Below are positions 40,430-54,360 of a stretch of 64,000 bases of DNA, piece by piece. Source of the DNA: Eledone cirrhosa. Lineage: Eukaryota. Below the pieces are notes generated by a model. It was not told the origin of the DNA, did not search any database, and saw nothing but the letters and a program-made list of their open reading frames with translations. Each line of letters begins with the position of its first letter. Within the stretch, counting starts at the first letter, position 1. Location: the NCBI GenBank assembly GCA_964016885.1, contig OZ024743.1:149358001-149422000 (forward strand). Reading direction: 5' to 3'. Made by a program: the position numbers and the translations under genes.

Positions 40430-41560
40430 AATCACTTGTGTTCAAAATGATGGAATATTCGAGGCTGTAAAGCTTTTGATCATCGGTCTTTGTGATCAGG
40501 GCTAACTTGTTTAACTGCAATAACAATTACAACGAGGTAAACATACACTGCCAACTGAACTTAAGTAGAAATTATTGTCTCTATGGCACAACCTTCTGAA
40601 GCTGAAATGACGACACGTCTGTTGAGTAGGGTTGCACATATTAGTTGAAAGGGAAATAGTTTTGGCAGTTTGTATATCTATCTATTTTTACAATTATCCA
40701 ACTCAGTATCGTTACCCAAGTGATGCGGACTTTAGTGTCTGGGACATTAGTAAGTCGGAGGGCCTCTATCATCCAAGAGTGGGGAACAGAATCAAATGTT
40801 TTCCTGTATTCCATCCAAATTGTAACCATATTCTTCCTAAGTTGTCGCACCTCTGACATTGCGGTTTTGTTAATTCGTAGTTGTTAAGCACACCCCAAAC
40901 ATCTTTCTTCCCAGCTGCCTGCTCATCTGTGATGATGTTATTACTATCGCAGTGATCTTGGAGAGATAGTGTCAGGTAGACTGTATACATTTTATTCATT
41001 GGATTCTGGCCTGCAATGAGTCGGTAGTTTTTGTCAAGTGGGTATCTTTGTTCTTGGGGACTAATATTGTACTAATATCAACTACACTGATATATGAGAG
41101 CTTTCTGGTAGAGGTTAAGATACATCCGATAGAATGTCAGTTTTTTGTACCAGTAGTCGACAATCAAGTCTCTTCCTGGTGTTTTCTTATCTTGGAAGTT
41201 TCCTATCACAGTTTCAAGTATATCATCGTTTATTCTGTATGTTTTTGTTGTAGTGTAGGGGCAGTAGTTTTTTTTTTTCTTTTCTTTTAGCCATACTGCT
41301 TCTTGGTTGAATTTCTTCTTTTTGCCCCATATTTTTCTCCAGAAAGAGTCTGTCTTTCTGGAATGGGGCCTCAGTGACATTTATTACTTTACCCTGTATA
41401 TCTCTATAGACTGAGGTTTAGTTTGGTCTGAACTTTTTATTAATTATTTTTCTTTCGGCCACCCTCTTCTGGTATCGAGCTGACAGCTCTCAATTCATGT
41501 TTGAGGGTGATCAGCTTATAATGTTCTGGTTGTACTGTCTCCAAACATCGTTTCTATTTT
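40430..41560 (-). mobile_element. Degraded R4/Dong-like LINE RT region
   Basis: FWRKIWG..FNQEAVWL, KTPGRDLIVDYWYKKL, KNYRLIA, IITDEQAAG, WMEYRKTFDSVPHSWMIEAL; frameshifts. Confidence 0.9.
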
Positions 41561-41667
41561 ATTTTTCACTCTTTGTTGGTGAAGAGTATAGTTTCTTGTT
41601 TGTTTGTTTTTTGTATGTAAGGAGCTTTGCCACATATCCTATAGTTTTCCGTATGTGTGTATGTATG

Positions 41668-42000
41668 TGTAGTGACCTACATTCCGAGGGCTCATGGATA
41701 CATTCTCCGTGCGTTGTTTGGCTCAGTTCAGCCAATCGCCGCCAGCGTAGGAGAATGTGTCTCGACATCCACCCAGAGGGAAAAATCCCGCGGCGATTCA
41801 TAAATCTATCTCTTACAGCACAATGCCACATTCACTTCTTAACTCTTGATTTTGTTTGTTCTTTACTTTGACATGACAACTCAACTTAACTCTTTGTAAT
41901 TAGTTGTGAATAAAACATGTAAAAATATTAACGAAGACTTTACGACTAATTCAACAAACATTTACTTCGTGGCTAACTTTGTCTCTGTCTCACTATAACA
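41668..42000 (+). mobile_element. Probable solo LTR
   Basis: TGTAGTGA ... TCACTATAACA inverted termini, internal AATAAA, about 330 bp; no TSD seen. Confidence 0.55.
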
Positions 42001-42099
42001 AATAACAACAATAACAATATATCCTTTCTTATTAATATTATTCCAAGTAGGCATAATATTATTTTTCTGCTAAATATGTATGTATGTATGTATGAATGA

Positions 42100-42453
42100 A
42101 TGCGTGGGGACATAGAAATAATTGGGCTGGATACCCGACCGCGCGGTTAAACCACTAGCAGTGAAGGACCCCTAGCCTTTGTCAGGGTATTCTTCTAGGA
42201 GAAGGCAACTCAGGAAACTGGGATAACTCCGACATAAAACCTGCGCCTCTGTAGTTACCGATGATGTTGATCTTTTCTTCTTTTCGGGTTACAGCTACTG
42301 TCGCTCAGAGAGTGTGATTGGTTCAGTGCACAGTCTTACCTCACTTTAAAAAAAAAATATTCACGCACAGGCATTGCACGATAGCATTAATTAATAATTA
42401 TTAATGTTATATCGTGCAATGGCCATACTCGATAACGAGGGGGCAGCCATCTT
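42100..42453 (+). mobile_element. Family D short variant
   Basis: tctaggagaaggcaactc motif, AT hairpin and gcagccatc end; (ATGT)n on both sides. Confidence 0.85.
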
Positions 42454-42493
42454 GTATGTATGTATTTATGTGTGTGCGTATGTATGTATGCAT

Positions 42494-42745
42494 GCGCGGG
42501 GCCATAGAAATACTCAGTTTGGTGCTCGAGCGCTCGGCTAGCCCACCGGGAGTGAGACAGCTCTAGATCTTGTTAGGACATTATTCTATGAAAAGGAAAA
42601 CTCTGATGTAAAATCTGCAACTCGATAGCAGCCAATGACTTGCTGTTTTGGGATATCTGCTACCGTTGTTCAGAGAATGGGATTGGTCTAGAGTACTCTA
42701 CAGCAAGGCCGTTCTTCACTTTAAAAAGCTTCACGCACAGACATC
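42494..42745 (+). mobile_element. Second, diverged family D copy in tandem
   Basis: Head gcgcggggccatagaaata resembles the one at 42100; tctatgaaaaggaaaactctg motif. Confidence 0.7.
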
Positions 42746-43174
42746 TCTTAATCTAAGCGATTTTCACGTATGTTGCGTGAGGATGGTCTCTCTTTTTTGT
42801 TTCGCTGCAGCATATGAAAGAGGAATCTAAGTCCTTGGAAGGACTAAATCTCCATTTACGTGTAAATAATAAGCCCAATTTGAAAGATGTTACTTTAGCC
42901 GACATTATTTTAATTCGTTTTTCTTTTATCACTTACATGTGTATATTGATTCATAATGATAATTTTTACCCATCCTAAAAAGATCAATTATTGAAGACAA
43001 TGGTAATAGTTGGTTTAATTGAATCCAGTACAATAGTCATAGTATCTAATCAACTTCGGATGGATGAAAAATATGATTTGAACTCGAACAGGAGAAAAAT
43101 GACATTAAATATTGTATGACATTTACTTACCCCAGAGCTCTAACATTTCTTCTAACTTATTGACTTTACATTAA

Positions 43175-43352
43175 TAATTGTTTCTACTTTTGGCACAAGG
43201 CCATCAATTAATCCAGTGCATTACTGGTACTTTATTTTATCGACCCCGTAAGGATGAAAGGTAAAGTTAACCTCAGCGGGATTTGAACTCAGAACATAAA
43301 GGGCCATAACTCTATGCATGCTGTCCGACACCCTACCGATTCTACCAATCTA
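43175..43352 (-). mobile_element. Family A SINE
   Basis: Reverse-complement copy. Confidence 0.9.
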
Positions 43353-43980
43353 CCTTACCTTAATAATGTTCCTCTACTTTACTGCCGGCTTCATAAAGTG
43401 ATTTTTTAATACACTACGCCACTATTTCCACGAGTTTTAGTCAAACAGATTAACCCTACTATTTATTTTTAACTGATACTTATTTTATCGATCATTCAAT
43501 CTTCATCGAATGGATGTTATATTTTATTGTTATGGGACGAAGTCCGCCGCAATATTTTACACTAATGTGCATAAGTCACCCACTCATGCCACACCACCAT
43601 ACCATCACACACACACACACACACACATACACACATCGGATGTTCGGGATAAAAAATGAGAAGACCACTAATCAATGAAATACTCAATATTTTTTAAGAT
43701 GCTCTGTGGATGTATATTTTAAGAGCTTCATAATAAATCTGTGTGTGTGTGCGGTGTTTCCACACAATTTCTATCCACGAAATTCCACTCAAATGCTAAT
43801 GATTATCTCGAGGTTACACTAGAAGACATGTGGTTATATAGAAAATATTTTTTTCGTACAAATCCATTAGCGAGAAGTCCCAATAAAATATGAAAAGAAT
43901 CAAATTTTGAGCGTTATTAAATGCACATATATATAAGTACAGCTGTATATATGAAGAGAAACTTCAAAATGTAGTAAAGT

Positions 43981-44011
<31 letters not shown>

Positions 44012-44890
44012 GTAACTTTACTACATTTTGAAGTTATATATATACATATGCATATATAAGTTGTTTTGTGACACTTAGTTGTTCACAGAAATCTTTGATC
44101 TCGTGAAACCTTTCTCAACGGTACTGCAAAAAGTGTTTCCGTTTAAATAGACCATAGCAGAAAAACAGTCAATATACCGACACACACGATATATCAAAAC
44201 TAGAAGTACAATTTGCTGTTTTAAAAAAATGCTCTGCGCGTGTGTTGAAATTAAAGAAATCACCAATTAAAGAATTCAATTTGACTCTGAGTTGTTATAT
44301 CGAAAATACATTTTTCGTGGAAAATGATTAGCGAGAGGGCTCAAGTATTTCCCATAAAACTATAAAATATTCATTGATATAATTGCTCTAACATTTCGTT
44401 TCCGTAAGTCAATGTTTAATTCTATTCTAAATGTTGATTTCGATAATTCGACCACTTTTGCAAAGCTTTTTGCAAAGCAAAAAATAATTGAACTCTTGGT
44501 ATTTTAGCTGTTTCCGTATATCAGGGGTTTTTTTTTTCTTTGTTTGCGCGCGCGTGTGTGTGTGTACGGGTGTGCTACGATGTATACACATAGCAACACA
44601 CTCTTACGATTCATTGTACAGTCTCGAAGACAAAGACTTCATATAAACACATACATTTGCGTATATCTGACTGCCAAAACAATGTGCCAGAGCTGATGTA
44701 TATCATTTGTATATTTTTTACTTGTTTCAATCAGTAGACTGAGGCTTTACCGGGACCTTGCCTTGATTTAGCCTATCATATTGCGATATCTAAAAAGGCT
44801 TGTTCCTTTGTATTAATCTCCATTGTGAATTGGGTTTTGCTGTTTAGGTTATTTATCATAATTTTGAGTTATGTGGGTGCTTCAATGTGT

Positions 44891-45060
44891 CAGGCCTGTT
44901 AACTCTCTCCATCGGACGGGGAGATCTCCCACCCACTTTGAGTGAGAGATGTCTTCTCTTGTGAAAATGGGTATAGCTTTCATTATGTAAAACTCCCCGT
45001 TTAGAGGCACCTTTTTTTCATGGTACTCCACGTTTTTGTTTTTAGAGGTTGGCAGGTCTG
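44891..45060. mobile_element. hAT-like MITE
   Basis: TIRs caggcctgttaac / gttggcaggtctg; homologous to 37913-38101. Confidence 0.7.
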
Positions 45061-45088
45061 ATGCTTTCCTGTCGTAAGATAAATACAG

Positions 45089-45420
45089 TGGCAGTGAATT
45101 GGCAGAGTCGTTAGAGCGTCGGATAAAATGCTTTGTGGTATTCGTTCCGGCTCTCTACTCTCTGAGTTCAAATCCCGCCGAGGTCAACTTTGCCTTTCAT
45201 CTTTTCGAGTTCGATAAAACAAGTATCAGTCTAATACTGGGTTAATTCTTCCTCTATATCTCTTTCTCATCCCCCCCCCCCCCCCTCTCTCTCTCTCACT
45301 TTCTATCTTTCTCTGGAAGATATCTGCTGTACACAGGCCTGAAGAGGGATGGGCTCCGCCAGGTTTTAAAATGCCCAAGAAATGACATATGTCAATACGT
45401 CTCCACCAAGAGCTACGGGA
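45089..45420 (+). mobile_element. Family A-type SINE with alternative long 3' tail
   Basis: Same head and core; tail ttcttcctctatatctc...tctggaaga.atctgctgtac.caggcctg...aaatgcccaagaaa is shared with 54052-54360. Confidence 0.8.
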
Positions 45421-45695
45421 CCATACATATAAAAGGTAAATAAGTCATCGAGGTACCTTTTCCAGTTGATTTTTATTTGCCTGTGAAATGTGTCTCCAAA
45501 CAGTATGAGTAATTGGTTGTAAATCTTTTGTTAATGGAATCTCATGACTAAATAAGTGTATATCAATAATCTGATTACTTTTCATTTCATTGAGCCCCGT
45601 TGCTGATGGCTTTGCACGAATAAAATATTTTCGGAATAGCTACGAAACATCTATTGATAAACTAAATAGACACACAGGCACAAACACACATTTCT

Positions 45696-45726
<31 letters not shown>

Positions 45727-45769
45727 TGTATCGATTCTGTAACTGAGATTCAAATTCATTAAACCTATA

Positions 45770-46071
45770 ATAATTGTTTCTACTATTGGCACAAGGCCAG
45801 CAATTAATCCAGTACATTACTGGTACCTTATTATTTTATCGACCCCGTAAGGATGAAAGGCTAAGTTAACCTCGGCAGGATTTGAACTCAGAATGGCAAG
45901 GGCCGTAACTCTATGCGTCAAAGCATGGCGTCCGACCCTCTACCGATACTGCCAATTCACCACCCTCATAATAATAGTTTTCCTTATATCCTACAATACA
46001 AGCTACAGCCACACGGTATGTCATCACCCCCTTCATAAAAATCATCACCATCACGACATCACCACAGTTAA

Positions 46072-46124
<53 letters not shown>

Positions 46125-46675
46125 TTGCTACTACTACTAATACTAATAATAATTTTTCTACTTTTGGCACAAGGCCAGCAATTATGCCATTGTATTACTG
46201 ATGGTTTCTAAGCAATTTGTGGGGAGGGGAATATCGATTAAATCGGCCTCAGTGCATCACTGGTACTTTATTTTATCGACCCCGTAGGGATGAAAGGCAA
46301 AGCTAATCCCGGCGGGATTTGAACTCAGAACGTAAAGGCCCCTAACTCTATGCTGCAAAGTATTTTGTCCGACGCTCTACCGATTCTGCGAATGCACCGC
46401 CCTTAATAATTGTTTCTACTTTTGGCACAAGGCCAGCAAATACCCAGTACATTACTGGTACTTTATTTTATCGACCCCATAATAATAATAATAATTGTTT
46501 CTACTTTAGGCACAAGGCCAGCAAATACCCAGTGAATACTTTATTTTATCGACCCCGTAAGGATGAAAGGCAAAGTCAACCTCGGCGAGATTTGAACTCA
46601 GATCGTAAAGGGACGTAACTATGCTGGAAAGCATGGCGCCCGACCCTCCACCGATACTGCCAATCCACCGTCCAT
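45770..46675 (-). mobile_element. Cluster of family A SINEs and fragments
   Basis: Copies at about 45770-45966, 46145-46403, 46405-46480 and 46490-46672, mostly separated by (TAA)n. Confidence 0.92.
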
Positions 46676-46764
46676 AATAATAATAATAATGGTTTCATTA
46701 TTAGCCACACAGGGCTTACATTAAGAGGACAATAAAGACGGTAATAACAAAACTACTACTACTA

Positions 46765-46796
<32 letters not shown>

Positions 46797-47339
46797 TATG
46801 TTACTATTGCTGCTGCTGCTGCTGCTGCTACTATTGCTGCTGCTGCTACTACTGCTGCTGCTTATGTTACTATTGCTGCTGCTGCTGCTGCTGCTGCTAT
46901 TGCTGCTACATTGATATATATATAAAAAGTTCCACGAAAAGAAAGAAATGTTGTATTTGAAACATCTGCAGCAAGTTTTAAATGCTATTTCGGGATTATA
47001 ACCTGCTTTATGACTGGAGGTGAAGTTTGAAAGAAAGAAAGAAAGACAGAAAATTCTAGAAAAACAGGGTGTGGTAGGGTTGGGGGTGGGGGGGGGGTCA
47101 GAAGTTTCTAGAGGAATTTGGATGAGAGGGAGAGTGATAAGGAAGAATAAAGAGGAGGTGGATGAGGAAAGAAGAGAATAGCGATGGCGATGAGGATGTC
47201 AACGATAAGGATGATGACGATGATGGTGATGATGATGATGATGAAGGAGGAGGAGGAGGAGGAGAAGGAGGAGGAGGAGGAGGGGGAGGAGGGTGATAAT
47301 CATCATTATAATCCTTAATATCATCAAAATCGTGATCAA

Positions 47340-47514
47340 GATTAAATGATGGTGATGATGATGATGATGATGATGATGGTGATGATGGTGATGATGGTGG
47401 TGATGGTGGTGGTGGTGGTGGTGGTGGTGGTGGTTATGATCAAGTTTATCATCGCCATCATCATTACCACCACCACCACCACCACCACCACCACCACCAC
47501 CACCTCTACTCCTT

Positions 47515-47549
<35 letters not shown>

Positions 47550-47947
47550 ATAACACGAAGAGAGTAATAGTGATCATGATCAAAATTAAAATGATGATGA
47601 TGATGATGATGATGGCGATTATCATCATCATTGTCGTGATCACTATCATGATCATAATCTCACCAGGGATATTATGATGATCAACATGATGGTGAAGTTG
47701 ATGACGATGATGATGCTGCTGATTCTAATGATAACGATGAAGTTGATGATGATGATGATGATGATGATGATGTTGATGATTCTAATGATGACGATGATGT
47801 TGATGACGATGATGATGATGATGATGCTGATGATGATGCTGATTCTAATGATGATGATGAAGTTGATGATGATGATGATGATGATGATGATTCTAATGAT
47901 GACGATGATGTTGATGATGATGCTGATTCTAATGATGATGATGAAGT

Positions 47948-47979
<32 letters not shown>

Positions 47980-48429
47980 ATAATGATGACGATGAAGTTG
48001 TTGACGACGACGATGATGATGATGATGCTGATGATGAAGTTGATGATGATGATGATGATGATGCTGATTCTAATGATGATGATGAAGTTGATGATGATGA
48101 TGATGATGATGATGATTCTAATGATGATGATGATGATGATGATGCTGATGATGAAGTTGTTGACGATGATGATGATGTTGATGATGATGATGACGATGAA
48201 GTTGTTGACGATGATGATGATGATGATGAAGTTGACGACGACGATGATGATGATGATGCTGATGATGAAGTAGATGATGATGATGATGATGCTGGTAATG
48301 ACGATGATGATTGTAATGATGATGATGAAGTTGAGGATGATGACGATGATGATGTTGATGCTGATTGTAATGATGATGGTGGTGGTGGTGGTGGTGGTGG
48401 TGGTGGAAGGTGGTGGTGGTTGTGGCTGT

Positions 48430-48467
<38 letters not shown>

Positions 48468-48514
48468 AGAAGAAGAAGAAGAAGAAGAAGAAGAAGAAGA
48501 AGAAGAAGAAGAAG

Positions 48515-48564
<50 letters not shown>

Positions 48565-48565
48565 A
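47340..48565. repeat. (GAT)n-based higher-order repeat and triplet series
   Basis: Recurring gatgaagttgatg / gattctaat units, then (GGT)(GAC)(GAA)(CAA) runs. Confidence 0.95.
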
Positions 48566-48800
48566 GGGAGGGGGGCGGGGGCGGAGAAGTGAAAAAAGTT
48601 GTCGGGCATCGTCAGCAAGTGTGACTCACTGAAAAGTGGCGATGGTGGTGGCGGTGGGGGGGGGGGGGAAGGCGGCGGTGTAGGAATGACAAATGAATTG
48701 TGACTGGAGCATTGGCTGTCATTAACTCTCTCCAGAACATGGAGACATGTACACAGTAAAACCGCTTTGCATTTCATTTTATTTTAGACATTTTTTAATG

Positions 48801-48838
<38 letters not shown>

Positions 48839-48850
48839 AGTGTATGTGTT

Positions 48851-48966
<116 letters not shown>

Positions 48967-49179
48967 CGTGTGTGCGTGCGTGTTATTTTAAAATTATTTT
49001 TATACATACGTATGCGTACAGATATGTATATATTATATCTTATATACATTCATTCCCTAAAGCTTATATATGTATGTATTATATTACATTACAAATGTAT
49101 GTTTGTTTGCATACACGTGTTTATAAAATATATATGTATTTGTACATGAATGCACGTATGTGTGCATGTTTATATATAC

Positions 49180-49718
49180 AAATGCATACATACATACATG
49201 TATACATACATACATGTATACATACATATATACATACATATATACATGCATCGATACATGCATAGATACATGCATATATACCTGCATACATACATGCATA
49301 TATACCTGCATACATACATGCATACATACATACATACATTCATACATACATACATACATACATACATACATACATACATACATACATGCATAGATACATG
49401 CATACATACATATACATACATACATACATGCATGCATTCATACATACATACATACATACATACATACATACATACATACATACATACATACATACATACA
49501 TACATACATGCATGCATGCATTCATACATACATACATACATACATACATACATACATACATACATACATGCATACATGCATAGATACATACATATACATA
49601 CATATATACATACATGCATACATACATACATACATACATACATACATACATACATACATACATGCATAGATACATGCATGCATACATACATACATACATA
49701 CATACATACATACATACA

Positions 49719-49748
<30 letters not shown>
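49180..49748. repeat. Long (CATA)n microsatellite
   Basis: Directly visible. Confidence 0.95.
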
Positions 49749-49749
<1 letters not shown>

Positions 49750-50829
49750 TAACAACATATGAGACCCGGATAGTAACACTGAAGCAACACCTTCAACAGA
49801 GGAAAAAGGTTGGCGACCATCTTGCTCAGGTTTATGAGCATGAAAAAAGAAATATCATTAGAATAGCGACTGATCTGGAGGAGAGATATGGAATAAAGCC
49901 TGATATAAATCTCTCACCCAGAGAAATCGGAAGATCCTATTCAATGTTCAAACAAGAAAAAAAAATTGACCAATTTACAGAGAAAGTTGTGCATGGATAC
50001 TTGAGGCGTAAAACACAGACCATAGAGGGGATAAACCACTCAAAAAGCCTGGCATGGAGTTCCGACAAGTTTATGACATCACACCTTGAGGGATATCTCT
50101 ATGCAATACAGGAACAAGAACTCCCTACCAAATATCTGCTGCACAAAAGAGGAGGGCCAGCAGCTGACAATAAATGTAGGCTATGTAAAACAAAGATCGA
50201 GGATGTAAGCCACATTGTTGCCAGCTGCGAAAGAATGTCATCTCGCTACTACCTCCCCATGAGACACGATGGGATAGCTAGAACTATCTGGAACGCACTT
50301 CGCAAAACAAAATTAACAACAAACGAGGAAGAATATATTGAGACAGATGGCACTAAGGAATACTGGTGGAACCTGAAAATAAAAACTGCCACCAAATTAA
50401 AGCACAACCGGCCTGATATTGTAGTTTGGGACCACACATTGAAAACGTGTTCTGTTGTGGAGATCAGCTGCCCACTTGATGTAAACGTTGTCAGAAAAAT
50501 ACAGGAGAAGGAGGACATCTACGGACCATTGATGAGGAGCTTACAAATCCAGTATCCAAGATACACCTTTAGCTTCATACCCATCATTATTGGTGCTACG
50601 GGTTATATACCAACCCGCTTGGACCAAAGTATGACCGAACTTGGATTTGCGGACAAAAAGCGCAGCTCCCTAATTCATAGTCTACAAATGGCTGCGATAG
50701 CTGGCACCTTCAAAATATGCAAAACATTCTTGCGATTCAAGGGATGACAATTTCTTTTCTTTTACAACCTTGCCACCAGGAAGGTGGCCGGTCAAAAAAA
50801 TATACTCGAAATTAAGAGAAAGAGAAAAC
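49749..50829 (+). mobile_element. 5'-truncated R4/Dong-like non-LTR retrotransposon with intact CCHC knuckle and restriction-like endonuclease
   Basis: Uninterrupted ORF to 50747 with AIQEQ, CRLC..EDVSHIVASC, RHD, RPDIVVWD, VVEISCP, EKEDIY and PIIIGATG; short 3' UTR; (CATA)n on both sides. Confidence 0.95.
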
Positions 50830-51279
50830 ATGCATAGATACATACATACATACATACATACATACATACATACATACATACATACATACATACATACATA
50901 CATACATGCATAGATACATGCATACATACATATACATACATATATACATATACGCACACATATACACACATGCTAGTTTTATTTGTTTGCATATTTTTTT
51001 TACTATTTTTCATTGCTTTTTTATTTCTTAGTTTCTTCTCAGTAAACATTTTCTCTTCATTTTCCTCTTTTCAAGAAGATTTTTGAAATGGAACCGAAAG
51101 TTTTTGGATATTTCTTTTTTGTTTTTAAACACCATTTTCTCCCTCTTTCGATATATTTTTTAAAAAATCAGATAATTTAATTTTTTCACATCGTTTTCCG
51201 TTTTCTTCTGCTTACTTTCATCATTTTCACGTTTACTTATTTCTTGTTGATTTTTGTTTAACCCCAGTAAAGATTATAA

Positions 51280-52250
51280 CGATCGTGATGATAATGATGA
51301 TGTTGATGATAGTCGTTCTAGCAATGATGAGGGAGACGATGATGATGATGATGATTATGTTGGTGATGGTGGTGGTGGTGGTGGTGGTGATAATGATGAT
51401 GTTGATGATAGTCGTTCTAGCAATGATGATGATGACGATGATGATGATGATTATGTTGGTGTTGGTGGTGGTGGTGGTGATGATGATGATGATGTTGACG
51501 ATAGTCGTTCTAGCAATGATGATGATGACGATGATGATGATGATTATGTTGGTGATGGTGGTAGTGGTGGTGATGATGGTGGTGGTGGTGGTGGTGGTGG
51601 TGGTGGTGGTGATGATGGTGGTGGTGATGGTGGTGGTGGTGGTGGTGATGATGATGATGTTGATGATAGTGGTTGTAGCAATGATGATGATGACGATGAT
51701 GATGATGATGATTATGTTGGTGATGGTGGTGGTGGTGGTGGTGGTGATGATGATGATGATGTTGATGATAGTGGTTGTAGCAATGATGATGATGACGACG
51801 ATGATGATGATGATTATGTTGGTGATGGTGGTGGTGGTGGTTGTGGTGATGATGTTGACGATAGTCGTTCTAGCAATGATGAGGGTGACGACGATGATGA
51901 TGATGATTATGTTGGTGACGGTGGTGGTGGTGGTGGTGATGATGATGATAATGATGATGTTGACGATAGTGGTTGTAGCAGTGATGATGATGACGATGAT
52001 GACGATGATGACGATGAGGGTGATGATGATTATGTCGGTGGTGGTGTTGGTGGTGGTGGTGGTGGTGGTCAGAAGGTTAGTGGTTAAGAAAATGTGTGAT
52101 GACGGAGCTAATGATTATGATGGTGGTGGTGGTGGTGGTGGTGGTGGTGGTGGTCGTAATGATGATAACGGTGATGGTCATGATAAGGATTTATTACAAC
52201 GATAACGGTGATAATGATGGTGATGATGATGGTGATGATGATGATTTTTA
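51280..52250. repeat. Minisatellite built from GAT/GGT triplets
   Basis: Unit gatgttgaygatagtsgttstagcaatgat...gattatgttggtgatggtggt, about 7 copies. Confidence 0.9.
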
Positions 52251-52794
52251 AGTTCTTAATTTCTATCACCACCTTACCACACTTTACACACTCTAGTATA
52301 TATTTCCTTTACCCACTACCCACCATTTTTTTTCTCTTTCTCTGTGGGAAGTTTGTAAGATCAATTGCCTCTTCGTATATATAACATTGATACTAATTAT
52401 TGCAGAAATGTAACAGATATATCACACCTCGTTCCAATGCCACCCTCTCCTCTCTTTCACCACATTTTCAATATTCAAATTGTTGGTATCCAACACTGCA
52501 CCCACCGACAGACCGCCTCCCCATCGTCCGTTCATTTTCTCGCCTCCCCAACATGATATATATACTTTAATACATTGGATATCTTCCTATTGAAAATAGA
52601 TAATTTTTAGTACACAGGTACACTACTTCAATATCCTGTGTTCTCTCATACAAGGCACCCACTAATGCATGATACTTAGCAAACATACACATTTATATAT
52701 AGAAATATGTTTAATGTATATATTAAAGTGTGTGTTTGTGTGTGCATAAAATAATCTTTAAATAGCCTGCAACATATATCAATATGCAAAATTT

Positions 52795-52825
<31 letters not shown>

Positions 52826-52905
52826 GCGTGTGTATGTATATATATATATTATATATGTATGCATATTATATATATATGTGTGTGTGTGTATGTATATATA
52901 TGTGC

Positions 52906-53016
<111 letters not shown>

Positions 53017-53614
53017 AATGGATAGATTGATAATATATATATATATATATATATATATTATCAATCTATCCATTCATACACACATACATACATACATACA
53101 TACATACATACATACATACATACATACATACATACATACATACATACATACATACATACATACACACATGCATACATACAAATTTCTGTATCCGGATATT
53201 TGGCCTCTAAAATTTTTTTCATAAAAATTTATATACATTAGTTTTCATTTTTCTTATAAAATTATCTATATAAATATTATGGCTACAGATCAAACGTTTT
53301 AGTCATTGTAAAATATTATAGCATAAAAATATTTTTGAAGCGTTAAACTATTTTTTGATGCCACTTATTGTTCACGACTTCCTATGAATTTTCTATGTTA
53401 TCTTCAATAGTGCAGGCGCTAATTACGATTCCTACAAAAATTCCTCGCGCTCTTGACTTTAGGCAATATGCATGTGAGGTCATCATTGAATTTAGAGAAG
53501 GCATTCACTACTGTCGTCTATAAGGAATTATACTGGCTAAATTATGTTGATGTCATAGACAGGATCTTTCAAATAAACTAGTTAGAATTCTTCCTTTCTT
53601 CTTAGTTTAAATAA

Positions 53615-53830
53615 GACGGTGAATTGGCATGTAGAATGTTTTGCGGTACTCGTTTCGGCACTTTACGCTCTGAGTTCCAATCCAAACGCGGTTAATTTTG
53701 CCTTTCATCATTTCGAAGTCAATAAGACCAGACCATTACATGGGTCGATTCTTCCTCTATATCTCTTTCTCTCTCCCTCTATCCCCTTCTTTAGAAGAAA
53801 TCGGCTGTGTTCAAACCGAGAAAAGTATGA
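53615..53830 (+). mobile_element. Diverged family A-type SINE (long-tail variant)
   Basis: gacggtgaattggc head, tttgcctttcatc core, ttcttcctctatatctc tail. Confidence 0.7.
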
Positions 53831-54051
53831 GCTAGCCACGTTGAAACTGCGTATGTCATGTCACAATAAGGAATTATAACGACTAAATTATGTTGATGTC
53901 ATAGACAGGGTCTTTCAAATAAATTGTTTAGAATTCTTCCTTTCTTCTTAGTCTTAATAAGACGGGGAATTGTCAGTGGTTAGCACGTCAGATAGAATGT
54001 TTTGCCCCTATGACTCAATTAGGAATTATGGGTCAATGCATACATACTTAG

Positions 54052-54360
54052 GCGGCGAATTGGCAGAATCGTTAGAATGTCAGATAGAGAGTTTGTGGTA
54101 TTCAATCTGGCTTTCAGCTCTCTGAGTTCGAATCCCACTGAGGTGAAATTTACTTTTCATCCTTTCGAGGTCGATAAAAAAAAAGTACCAGTCTAGAACT
54201 GAGGTCACTTCTTCCTCTCTATCTCTTACACTCGCTTTCTATCCTTCTCTGGAAGAAATCTGCTGTACTCAGGCCTGGAAAGGGTTGGGCTCCGCTAGGC
54301 ATAAAATGCCCAAGAAACGCCGTATGCCAATAAGGCGGCCTGACGACTCCATCAGAAGTT
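54052..54360 (+). mobile_element. Family A-type SINE with alternative long tail
   Basis: ggcggcgaattggcagaatcgttag head, gagttcgaatccc B-box; tail shared with 45089-45420. Confidence 0.82.

Noticed and set aside
49614-49748. N-terminus of the 377-aa ORF
   Set aside because: The start lies in the (CATA)n flank; the element is 5'-truncated and this is not a real gene start.
51254-52205. 277-aa D/G-rich and 306-aa M/V-rich ORFs (resembling an acidic biomineral protein)
   Set aside because: Triplet-repeat minisatellite open in two frames by composition; no signal peptide, splice context or unique domain.
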